A stretch of DNA of 64,000 nt. Source: Acanthaster planci (Eukaryota). This document shows positions 36,661-49,300 of this stretch, piece after piece; within the stretch, counting starts at the first letter, position 1; each line of letters begins with the position of its first letter. Both the position numbers and the translations under genes were made by a program. The notes under the pieces are model-generated. The model was not told the DNA's origin. It saw nothing but the letters and a program-made list of their open reading frames with translations, and did not search any database. The stretch lies in the NCBI RefSeq assembly GCF_001949145.1, contig NW_019091355.1, forward strand, positions 3,206,646 to 3,270,645. Reading direction: 5' to 3'.

Positions 36661-39600
36661 ATCAATGTATGTAATATTGTTTGGACAGCGTGTTTTGATT
36701 TTTGTTTGGGCTACAAACGAATTTCTGGGGGTGAAGGCAAATTGAACCGGACATGCAGAGTTCGTAAAGAGAAAAATCGGATCAAGTTCTCCAGAAAGGA
36801 GCCGAAGTCAAGGCAGCTTGAGCTACAGCTTTTATGATACGGGCCGAGATTGAAGTCGGCACTCGACTTGGCATCTCAAGAAGCAATCAAGCCATCAAGC
36901 CAGGTGATGAGATTCCATGTTGTGCACATGGAGATATGAGCTGGGCCCACTCGGAAGTGGGCAATCTCTGTGTCTCGAGTCATGTGGTCACCAGGTGCAT
37001 GCTGTCTCGGCGAAACACTGCGACTTCTCTCACCAGCTGGGTGTGTGCTGGTATTTGGCATCCTTCCACGTTGAGCATGTAAACTTTTAATTAATTAATT
37101 AATTAATCACATGTACTTTGCTCAGATATGGAGCTGAATACATGTACATGTACAATAATCTAAACAGGCTTATCAATGTGTTCAACTCAATATTAGGGTG
37201 GCGGCGATACCCAGATAATCAGTAGGTTTCCAAAAATGACCAGTCCAAATTCTTTGTACGTTTTTGGTTGTCTTAAGTAGCAGATTCTGCTTTTCGAGAT
37301 GAAATTGCGGACCATAAAAAAATTCGCAATCTAAATGATACAAGCTTTCACTTTTGATCCAGCTGTGGTCAATTTTCCAAGATCGGATTGCATATTTAAT
37401 AAATGTGTTCTTTTAGGGATTGATGCTAAAAATATGTGCCGTACCCTTTTTGTTTTGTCAGGTTTTCAGATAAAATAACAGTTTGTCGGTGGCTGACTAT
37501 TGTGGCCACATACACACTGTACATGTACCTAGTTCAGATTCTTAACTGCACAGTCCTACGTACATTGTACATGTACATATACCAGATACTGTACATGTAC
37601 ATGCAAGTATAGATTTTATCCAGCAGGACTTGTGATTTCCCTTCTCGTCTTGCACTTGGAGTTGAACCTCAAAGGAAGGAACACACCCTTCCACCTCGTG
37701 TTAGTGGTTGGGCAAGCTCCTGTATACAGCTCCTGTATACATGTACGTACAATGTTTGAACTTGCAGCAACTTAAAGGGTGCATGCAATAAATTCTCTTT
37801 AATTTACACAAAATCCTGTATGTGCACCTGTGTGTTCCTCCTATGTTAATGCCATTTTGCAATTTAATCTACTTGTAGATACATCATTCAAGAGAAATGG
37901 CATTTTAAGGGAATTTTGGTGCTTACTTGGTTGTTGTGCTGTTGCAGAATTGCTTATATTTATAACAAAAGTGTGGGGTTCTTCCATGTAAACGTCTGAA
38001 GAAATTTGAAATCTCTATTTTCAGTAATACAGTATGTATATATATATATATATATATCTGACAAGTAACATTGGTACTTGTAGGTTCATATTTGTGTGTC
38101 TGATCTTATGCCTCAGTCTGTTTTTAGCAGTTTTCAGAATTGGAATTTCATTCAGTATATTTGTACACTACAAATCCACATCCTCTGCTGTTGCTATCTC
38201 TTTCTCGATTTGCAAAACAAATCCTGACAGTTGTCAGAATGCTCTCTATGGTCATCCTCAGTTGATAATCTTATTAACCCAATCCTTTTACAAACATGGC
38301 TAGCCATTAAGTGGCCCCTAACTCAAATCTCTTGGAAAAACATAGGTTTTATTTAAGGCACCAGAAGCCTGAGCCCCCCCAAAAAAATTGAGATCAGGCC
38401 TCAGATACCGTTTCTTTCCGTGCTGAGATTTTTTTATAAATCAAATCCTCCCTGACAGATCATTGTTGTCAGTGCCAAGCACCACCTCAGCTTATGCGCA
38501 AGGATTTGCGTTGCGGGGATTAAGCTTTTTTTGCCGTCCTCTTCTTTGCAGTGTTTACAAAATTCTTTTTCCGTGAAAGAAAAATCGAGGGATCCTGGCA
38601 TTCCAAAGGGAGGGAGCACCACCAGATTCAGAAATCCCCTGCCCGGAGTTCTGTTGTTAGCTGCTTAACAGACTCTTTGGCCTTTTATTTCCCCCTCGAG
38701 TCCCAAATCCCACTCGGAAAATCCGTCATGTAAATAAGTGGAAACAGTCCAGAGAAGACCGTAGTTTAGGTTTTTATCCTCAAGAAGATTCCAATTGTCG
38801 AGGGACATCTAAACTCTTCTCTCCTGGTGTCAAAAGAAAAAAAAATGAAAGATAGTCTTTATAACAGAAGTAGGGGATCTTTATGTCACTCGTCTCACAA
38901 TCTTAAAATGCCAGATTTTCCTGCTGTGTGGCATCCGTTCATTTCGTCTAAATTCCCTGCATGAGTTTGTGTGCACATGCCGCTTTTGTTTTATGGAGAC
39001 TGCCCCCTAAAGCCTGAAAGTGGCACAAAGTCAGAAGCTGCAGAAAAGAAGATACATGTAGACAAAAATATGGACAAACAAACAAACAGCGGTTTGGTCT
39101 TAGTCACACCTACAGTGAGCAGCCATACCGATCGAAGGAGCAGATTCCTAGACATCCAGCCCTAAGATAGGTTAAATGAAGGCTGGCTCCTGTAAGACTT
39201 TTGACTGAGCTGCACGATCCGTTTTGCTTTTCTGTTAGTAATGATTCTGTCAAAACAGGGCATTAATTAATAACCAAGAGTTACTTAGATTATGGCATGT
39301 CTGTAAAATCCAATCAGATATTGTTCATGTACTTTCCCTTGGCTTGTTGTCCAAAAATCTGTACGGAGCTCCTCATAAAACAAGGAAAAAGAAGGGAAAA
39401 ACATTTCTTTTTTGAAATGAGTTGGTCAAGTTTGCCATTGATACTCCAGTTGCAGCCTGCTTACATGTACGGATTCAATGGTCGCTGCAGAGCTGTTTAT
39501 ACATCGAACAGGCAAAGACAAAAGTGAAACAGCTTCCTGGAGATTTCCTCATTCAGACCATGCATGTAGCTCCTTGTTCTTGGGTCCTCTCATGCAAAGT

Positions 39601-42600
39601 TGCATTTCACAGCAACGTACACGTTCTTTCTTAAATCCTACATCATGTACTGCTTTGCTGCCTGTGGTCACTGAACCCACTTCAGTGCTGTTGATGCCTG
39701 GGCCAAGGACCTCCCTGCAGTGTTGATAATCGGAGCGGGACTGTCCGTCCCTTTCCACCCGGATGGATCCTTTCTGCTGTCTTCAATGGAAGATGTAGCC
39801 GAGGAAAGGATCATCCAGATCTCATCTCAAAAGCCCGTCCTGTCGCTTTGAATTGGTTGCGGGGAGGTGGGGGGAGGTGGGTTTGGTTGTTGCTGAGTGT
39901 GCCATTGGCTACTGTCGTCGGCTCCGGTGCCTGGCGCTGGTCAATGTCAACACGGGAGATTGGGTGAACTTTGCGGGATTTCCTCGCGTTTAGTCTTCAG
40001 TCCCAGTTATCTGCTGCCATCATCATCATCTATCATGTTCCCTCTCCCTCAGTTTTATACACAGTTCGCTGTCATTTTTCTGTTGCTTTTTTGTCTGTCC
40101 TTCAAACCTGTAACCTCACGGATTTTGGCCTTTTTTTCCCAACTGACCCAAGAGGGCATCGTGCAATGGTTTTTCTGAATTATGAGGGGAAGAAATATCT
40201 CATCAGACACCAATCAAAACAAGATAACCAGATTAAATCCGATGTAATTCCCCCGTGATTACCCTGTCACCTTGTGCCCTGCTGCCCTCTGGTCATTTCT
40301 CAAGTATGGAAGGGTGAACATTACTGCCCTATGCTAGTTTCAGTGGTGGAGGTAACACCAGTCAGAGATTTATTTTTGCAACGGACTTTGCCACCACCCA
40401 GCCACTGATTCCCTCTTCCTTTTTTTTTTGACCTCCTCAGGAACAAGAAAGCAAACAAAATGTCTAGAGCAGATTTATTCTGGTGCAGACATGGGGGGGG
40501 GATTATTGAGTCGCCAGAGTTTGTGCTGACTGGCAGGGAAATGAGCCAAATATTTATGCAGAAGCTGTGTAGTGTACTTAGCTGGTCCTTCTGATGGTGG
40601 AGATTTATGGGAGGGTGTGGAGGGGAGAGAGGGAGGGGACCCCTGGTCACTACATCCTACCGGTATTTGTACAGCTGGACTCCCCCAACTTGGTCACTTG
40701 CAATTTCACAAGTCCCACACAGGATTTAGCGTGTTTGGTAGGATTCTTGAGCCCACAAAACAACCTGTCGGGAAGCCTTAGTTTTTATTTTGATGTCCTC
40801 TGAATAATTTGTGGCCCTCGCAAATAACTGTCATACAGAGCGTGTTGTCTCTGTAACTGCAGAGCCAGATCTTGTGTGACTGCAGGTGCGCACGATGTAG
40901 TGTGAGTTTGACCCACGTTTGACCTGACTAAAATAAGGAGGGCTGTCAAATACACCTGCCTGCTCCCTTGTTCACACAGGAGGTGTGTCATCTTTTTGGA
41001 TGGATGGATGGATGGTGGTGGGGGGGTCTCTCATCTTCACTGCCGCCAGTCTTGTATCCAGTCTCTTTTCTCTTGCCCCTGGTCAAACAAAAGCCAAACA
41101 ACAACAACAAAAGGGGAAGCCTAATACAAACACTCTTTGGGGCTATTCTGTCTCCGTTTCTTCCCCAGGATATCCTGTGCTTTCAAACACTATTTGCAGC
41201 ATTTCCTGTCCCCGCTCAATACCCCAGACATATGGTGACTCAGCCCAGTACCATCCCCCAGACTTATGCTGGTTGTGTTATCCCTGCAAATTTCACTGTG
41301 AAGTCTTGTAGATGGAAATTGTTGTTTGGCCGCTTCAAACTTGACCTTAATTTGAAGGGTTTGACCCGGGTTTTCAAAGGAAAAGTACTCACCTGTTGTC
41401 TGTTGTGGTTGATGACTTCTCTGGGTTAAATTTGCTTTTGATTCCATCCTGTGGTAAATATGCACACCTGAAGAACATTAGGTTCTTCTGCCCACCTTTA
41501 GAAGCAGCCTGGGTCACCGAATTTTCTTCTTCACACGTTGCTAAAAAAGCAGCCAAGCTTTGAAATGCTGGTAGCCAAGTTTGAAATTAGGGGTGCTATT
41601 AATGGTAGGTGGGGTTTACATTGGGAAAAAAGTTGATTCTTTTCAGTAAAATATTACTGGGTCCCAAACTGAAAGAGATATTCATGAAAGTTTTACGCAG
41701 CAAACCATGGGATGATGAAGGGAACCATAAATGGTTCTGTGTCATTGAGAAGCACCTTCTGTGTGCTGTACACCTGTAGGAAGTGGAGTGGTACGGAAGT
41801 CCACACCATAGAAAATACATGGTAAAAAAAAATTAATACAAATGTAACTCTTTGTATTAAAAGAAACATATGCAACGCACATACCACTTCGTATACCTAC
41901 GTACATGTTCTGGCACATACATGTAGGCCAATGCTTTGTATTGAAAGAAATAAATGGAGTTTGAGTATTGCTGTAGAAGTATGGATTTCAATTGATTAGA
42001 GATAAGTGAAAATGTCTTACACATGCTGAGAGTAGTACTCTCGTCCCATTTTTTACTTGACGGTCAAACACGTCATAATAGGAAGTTCCAGTTTCCAAAA
42101 GAGCCTTTCACATATTTCAAAAGCCCGTGATTGTAACGTCATTTATCATTGTCACGTCAGTGATGTCATGTACATGTGTATGGCCTGAGTTTCCTTTCAT
42201 TGTCGCCCACTGCTGTCAAGCAAAATGTGACACTGATACAATTATATCTAATATTGACACGATAAGGTTTCCATATTCATGTGTGATAAACGACCCCGTT
42301 GATTTTCATCGGCCCACGGATCAATCACTCACTGCAGCAGTCATTCTGAGTATTAAGCCAATACGGGGTACCGGTTAACCATTACCGGGTCTGAGACATG
42401 CTGTGCTGTGCTCGCATACCGTTACCATGGAGGACTTTTTTGTCCTCTCCTTTTTTATGGCATGACTCCAAGGGTTGAGTCATAGCCGAATATTTGGCAT
42501 GGTGTGTCTGGGGTTCACGTCTGAAGCGATAGCACCCCTTTTGATGGCAGAGGGACATTTCCTGTTGGCTGGGCCTTGTGGGTAGCCGTCTTTTAGGGAG

Positions 42601-44490
42601 GGGCCATGCACATGTGATGTCAAGGTGTGCAAGATGAAGCTGCACGCTCTCCTAGTATGAGGTCAAGCATAACTTAAACCATGTTCAAGCCATGTCACTT
42701 GTAACAAAGTAAGATGTAGCTGACACAATACCACATGACACAGACAACTGAAAAAAAAAATGCCCTGCCAGCCAACACATTGTGGGAAATCCAATAAAAT
42801 GTATTCCAAATGACATTGTCCTGACCTACATACATGTACCTGTCACTTTCCAAGCTTGCATTGCCACACTAGCTGACAATGTCAGTGCCATTTCTGCACT
42901 AACCAGCGGGCTGGTCCCACTCAGACCAATTTCGTCATACCAGTTTCCAGCTCCCAGATGCTTTCATTCTCTTGACATCATTATAGGGAAACCAGTAGTG
43001 GGTCACGGAGTTTCACCGGAATCATTCGTCACTTAAATTTTTAGCCAGAGATTCCACACGGTAAATAACGCCAGAAGAAATGTCTGACGATCATTATTCT
43101 CTCACCTAGGTGCTTAGACACTCAGCATAGTGTTAGAGAGAAGAATCGTACACATTCACAGGTCAAACAGTCGGTGGGTTTGGGATTAGGTGGCTCCAAG
43201 GTGGCTAGCATCTCAGTTGAATTGGAGTTTGGATTATTTGAAAGCCACCGTCCAGGACAGGGGTGCACTTTTAGATATTTTATATACTGGAGCCTGTTAC
43301 TGTCCTAACTCTTAAAAACTGGAGTCAAATGGAAAGCATTCCTTCTTCATTGTACAGTTAGATGTACATGTAAGCTTGTGCTATTGGTCGACTGTGCCTG
43401 AATAGATGGGGAGGATTCAAGAGGCATCCTTTTTTGGAATTTAGAGTGATTCTTGGGAGCAGCTTATTTTCAGTGTGGGAAGGTCAACTTCGGTGTATTT
43501 TTTCACATAGTCCAAGTTTGAAATATGTATGAACCCTTTCTGCGAAAATGAGTTATGATGCAAATCTTTTTGCAGTCATTTTGTTACTTGCAGTTTTCAT
43601 TAGAAAGAGCACGCTCAGCTCCTTGTTTTGATGTACCATTTACTTTGGCATTCTGACTAAAAATGGATGCGTCATTAAGTGAAAACTGTTGAGGGTGGGA
43701 TTCCTAGTGATAAAACCACGATACAAGATTCTTTCAAAGACCAGTTCCCTAAATGTGGCTTTGGCAACTTGTGACTCATTTTCTCAGAGCTGGCCACATT
43801 TTGAATGCATCAGTAATAACAGATGTACATGTACTACCTGGTATCCCTTGAATCTGGGGGAAAAGCCTGAAGGCACGTTTGTGATAGGGCTCGTGAAAAA
43901 TCACAGTTGACATTGAGACAAACATGCGAGCAGTGCGTGATGTAGCTTTACACACCTGTAAATTGGCCTTTTAGAGACTTAGTGATTCAGTTCAGGTTTT
44001 TCACTAGAATGTGAGATTTTCACACCCATTTCTCACTTTCGCCTCAGTCAATACAAATTGAGATGTAAGGATGTAGGCAGGGATGCAGGACAGGAGGGTG
44101 GCATGCATTGCCTGTCTTTCTTTTTTTTTTCCTTTGAGCTTATCAATTGTAGGCTTTGATAAGTCGACGGTCTCAAGGCTGGGGTCTTTTAGTTTGAAGG
44201 CATCTAATTGACTCAGGAGACGGGAAGAGGAAGCCACGTCCATAGAAGGAGGGAGGGGGGGTTCAAGCAAAATGGCCAAGATACCCATTGATGAAAACTT
44301 GGCGCAGAATCAATGAAATGATGAGACCTCCGAGGTGAAAAGGCAGGCAATTTAGCAAGGGCTCACTCTCTGAAATCCAGACGGAAAAATGCTGTCAGTT
44401 TCTTGCGCGTACAGTATCTAAACCATGTACATCTATCAGTATCAATCAGACTATTGGAGACAGCATAAGGATGGAGAAGGGCCAACCTCC

Positions 44491-44915
44491 ATGGGTCAAT
44501 TTTCCTTCAAAGTTTTCCTCAAGAATTTTCAGCTCAGACAGATAAGAATGTAAAGATTTGGTACCAGATTTGGTACATGTATATACAGTAGGCTACAGTC
44601 ACATGGTACCCGTACATGTTTACATACATGCAGACTAAAGAAACTCCACAAGGATGAAGAAGGGCCGACTTATAATCCTAGACAAAGTTGTTGTGATACT
44701 TGGCAATAGCCGTACGCTCTCCAGCCCCCTCCCCCACTCCCCGAGTCAGCGTTATCATGTCCAGCCGGAGTGCAGACCGCGGCACATAGACCCAACATTG
44801 AAAGGTGGTCCTGGGGTTGGAGGCCCAGTGAGATTTGTCCAGGATTGTAGATGGGTCAGTTTTCCTTCAAAGTTTGCCTAAAGAGTGGTCGGAAAGATAA
44901 GAATTTAAAGGTTTG
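44491..44915 (+). repeat. Degenerate ~70-bp direct repeat (44491 and 44851)
   Basis: atgggtca(a/g)ttttccttcaaagttt...agataagaat(g/t)taaag at both sites. Confidence 0.7.
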
Positions 44916-45553
44916 CACATGTAGGGGGCGACAGTCATTTTATACCTGGCTTCATTCATTAAACACTGTATGCCAACGACTTCCCAGTAGAAAGAAAGCC
45001 TTTGGGTGTGCAGATATCTACGGGCAGTTTGATTTTGTTCACCTCGGAAACTTCGAAAAAGGTCATGCACTGGAAATTGTTTAAAGACCCAGAAAGAGAA
45101 AGGAGTTCACTTTCCAACTCTGGGTTTCTATTTGAATTTTGGAGCCCTTGAGCAAAGAACCTGCTACAGAAACCCATTAATATCAATCAGTGTCAAGTGC
45201 ACTTCTGCGCCAAATCAGTATTTCGCCGGTAATTTCTTTAATTTTTTTGTTTGGGGGGGACGCTGTGTTTGCCAAAGGTCTTCCCATTGTCAAGCATGTA
45301 CATGTATTCATTTCAATCCACCCCGGTGCCCTCTCAGGCTCCACTCGGTGCACAATTCAAAGAGTACCCGTTATTGATGGGGCAGGAGACCAGTGCAAAC
45401 AAGAATCAACAGAATAGAGGGGTTTTGAAAAGGTGACGGCCAACCTATCATTGCTGTCGCACGGTGCGAACCCTTATCCGATACTGAAAGAAAACACAGC
45501 AAAACTTCAGCTCAGGGTGGATTGCAGGGTGTGGTTTGAGGTGAGAATTTCTT

Positions 45554-46024
45554 TACAGCTGTGCCAAATATGCGAATAACTGAATGTTCAATCGATTGTC
45601 GAATATTCCAATATTATTTTTCGAATTTGAATAATCGGATGCAAAATTCATGAAAAGGAAGGGAAAATTTTGTGTTGTTTTAAATTGCATTATGGAGGCT
45701 TGTTTCAAGCAGATTCAAATGAAAAGCATAAAAAATCTTACAACGATTTAAAAAGTAAATTATCAAACAATTTACAAGGAATAGAAATTTTCAACGGGCA
45801 AGAAATCTTGTTCATCTCTTAAATCGTGGCTGGAGATACATGTACTCCTAGATGTGAGAAGCTATTATATTGATCATAATGTGCAGTTGTGCGTGTTATT
45901 GCAACTGATTCTGTATATGGTTTTTTCAACAATCTGCCTGTCGGTGCGACTGAATATTCCAATATTCGATCAAGTTGAAGGTCAAATATTCGAGTTGTGA
46001 ATTATTTGAATTGACTCAGCCCTA
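45554..46024 (-). mobile_element. Non-autonomous hAT-like element family C, full copy
   Basis: Ends tacagctg.../...cagcccta; flanked by 8-bp target duplication aatttctt / actttctt (7/8); ~400 bp homologous to 22552-22960. Confidence 0.8.
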
Positions 46025-46294
46025 ACTTTCTTGTCTGTCCTCAATCGTGTGAATTAAACTCCCATCGTTGCACGCAAGAGTTGGGCATTTCCAGTTCTGA
46101 GTTCCACTTTTACATCAAAGGGCCCAAACTCTCCAAGCCATTGCCAGAATTTCCTATGACGAGGCAGCATGTGCCGTGAACCTTTGGAATCTCTAAGACC
46201 TTCTTCCTCAATGTTCATCCCAGCTCTCATCCAGTCACAGGAAATCTAAATTTGGAAAAGTGGCTTCTCTGTCGGGGGGACAGTTTACACATCG

Positions 46295-46373
46295 GCGTAC
46301 TTGCCACCCCAAGTTGACCCAACATTAGGTCCCTTGAACCTAACGTTGGGTTAACTTTGGGTGGCAACTACGC
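46295..46373. repeat. 79-bp hairpin (36-bp arms, 7-nt loop)
   Basis: gcgtacttgccaccccaagttgacccaacattaggt vs reverse complement of the right arm gcgtagttgccacccaaagttaacccaacgttaggt (32/36). Confidence 0.85.
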
Positions 46374-49300
46374 GCCAAATGCTTGTCAGACGGGAAATTC
46401 ATCCACATCTCTGTATAAAGTGTACTCTGTGGAGGCAGAAAAGTGCCAGACACTGATGCCCTAAATGTATAGTGTACATGTGCACATGTGCATTCCACGC
46501 ATGTGCTTTACATGTGCTGGAATGTGTGCATTTTGTGCAGGTACATGTAGCTGAACTGACTTTCCTCCGTTTTATGGCTCCATGCTCAGATGCACCAAGG
46601 AGATCAGCCCAGTATACCATGTTCTTGAGGAGGTCTTTTGTGTGGGATAGATATTCCACTGTGTAACAAATTGTATAGTGTGGTAGGTTTGGATGTGGTT
46701 GGACATCAAAGCCTGGAAAAGCCAGTGCCAACGTGCATATTACATACAGTTCAGTTCATGCTTGGAATTATGGCATTCCAGTTGACCAACGGAATTGACT
46801 TTGAAGGGCTTCAAGTCAGCAGGGACACATCCCAACTCTCTGGTCTGCCTTCACAAGGGAGGGTGGGGGAGTTAGGTCAATGGAGGTAGTGATTGAGACG
46901 CCGATCCCTGGAGCCTGCTCAAGCGTCAAGCGAGCAGCTCTGCCTGCAGTTTTGCCAAAGGATCCCTTGGTGACCAGAAATGCACATCAGTGCCCAAAAC
47001 TTGTATCAGGCCAGGGGCTGAGATGGAGATGGACCATTAGCCCGGCCAGCCGACAACAAGCTGAGTGATGTACCTCGCATGGGCCGGCCAGGATTTGGAT
47101 GTCTGTAGAAGTTCACAAGCACACGTGGATGTGATTTGTTGCGTTTTAATAGGATTTGATGAAATACACGGGTCACTTAAATGGATGTTGGGATCAAAGA
47201 CGACGCTGACCGAAGCCTTGCTTTACTTGTCCTCACTCAAATCTAAATTTCCCAAAAGGATTTCAGGTGCCAAATACAGTCAGTACATTTTTACAGATTG
47301 GAAAGGATTGTACATGTATCTGTCTGTGAAACATTTATGTCAATCAATGCATTTTCGTTTTCTCTCTGAGGCACAACATGGACTTGGTTTTTAGCCTTTG
47401 AGAAAACGTTCCGGTCCTGCCGAAAATGACCAAGTTATCCGTGCCTCCCTTGGAGGCATGTCTTTTCAGTCGAACTGGTAGAAATATTTCTGGTCATTAA
47501 CTCAGCAGGCTTCCGCTGTCTGAGCAATGAAAATATTGAAATTCAGAAGTGAAAACAACACTAGTTGGCTGCCGATCTGTGTTAACAAGGGATTACAAGC
47601 ATTTCCCTTCCGGCTGTTGTCCAAATACTCCCCACCGTCCTTTCTGTTTCTGTCAAAGCCACGGTAACGTGTCAGGTTCTGTTCTTGATTTAATTCCTCC
47701 ATGCTTGCCTCCCCCCATGCCTGACACCCCATTATTTGCATGTTTATTTTCATAAGCAGAGATTATTTTGGATTCCGGCTTTGGCCTGGGACTGGCTGTC
47801 CTTGTCCAGCTCACAGAGAAGCTCCTTGGAAAATCTGGCCAGTGTGGACCTGGAACGTTTCTGCAAAGGGCATTGTGGAAACCATTTTCAGAGCGGAGGT
47901 GGCGGCTCCAAGCTTCTACCCTGTTTTAGGCCATTATGTAGCAACCAAGGCTACACCGCCATACAAATCAGAACAAAACGGAATCCTTTTATTGATCGGG
48001 GGAAAAAACGGCCACCCATGGGACTCGACTAAACTCAGGCCAGCAGTCCGGCAGCCTTTGAGTAAAGACACAGTAGTATTTCGTTCAAACTGTTAATACC
48101 AACCAGCACCTGTGGAGTCTGGCCCGTTGTGGCTGAGCCGAGAAACATGGCTACCAGGGGCTGACCTTTTTTTCAGCCACTAATGTTTGAAATCCTTCAC
48201 ATGTAGTCTGTAAACCACAGACACGGTACAATTTGTGCAGAATCAAAGAGATAGGGATTTTTCTGTGCTGGCCATCTCAGACTTTGCAAACTTGACTAGA
48301 AAGTTGGTCCTTTCATGCGGACATGTACATGCCAGAAAGTGTGCTCTACAAGTACCTCTCCAAAATGCCTCTAGGGTTATTGCGGTTGGAAGGAAAATCC
48401 TATGCCCGTGCTTTTTCGCACCGTGTTATTTTAGCCTCTCCAGAGTCAGCTCAGGGAAGTGTTATTTCAACCATTAAGAGAAATTTTCTGACCAGAAACT
48501 ATTTGCCGAAATGCTGAAGAGTATTGTCTGTCTAAACAGATCACCATCCTGCGAGGAACTAGTCAATATTTTGACAAGAGAAAAAAACCCTTATTTTATT
48601 AGCCAGAGGAGCTTTTTACCTCCAAAAAATCCAATTGTTAATACTGGTAGTTATTCTCTAATTCGAGTTTACCCCTTCTTTTCTTGAGAATTCGGGCTAG
48701 GTTCTTGGGCAGTCAGCCTCAAGGTCATTTTTGAGAGGTCAGTGGTCTTAGCTGGCCAGGAAGATAAATATCTGTAGCACCTGCTTTGCACCTGCACAAT
48801 TGGTTGACACACCCTACTACCCTGGTCAGTGATAATCCAGTCAGGGCTTGCCAGCACGAATTCATTTATCAAACCTGCTGAGTGATTAACAACATTGTAC
48901 ACAGAGTCCAACTTGTCACATTTCCTCAGAATCCCAGCCAGGTTATCCACAAGCTCTTCCCATGTCAAGATATGGGAATTGGATTTAGTGATATGGGAAT
49001 CTTGGACCGCAATGCTACTTGTGACCAATCTGTCGTGACTTGACAAGAAGTTTGCTTATTTTGTATGTTATGTATGAACAAAAAGATTTCAAAATATTCA
49101 TGGTCTCTGGCTCACAAGGTTTCATTACCTAAGCCATTTCTATAGATGTGTTGGGTCATCGATGCCTCCCCCCCCATTTTCAGTCTTTTGCTTACAACCA
49201 ACTGTTCATTTTCCTGCTGAAAGTTGCAGATGTTTGGTAGCATGTCACCGCAGGGCATTGCATGTGTGGCAGTAGCAGGATAAGGTTTGACATTCGGTCT

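Noticed and set aside
47736..49046. ORFs of 98-125 aa as exon 2 of the signal-peptide gene
   Set aside because: No recognisable extracellular module, codon bias or convincing phase-1 acceptor/donor pair.
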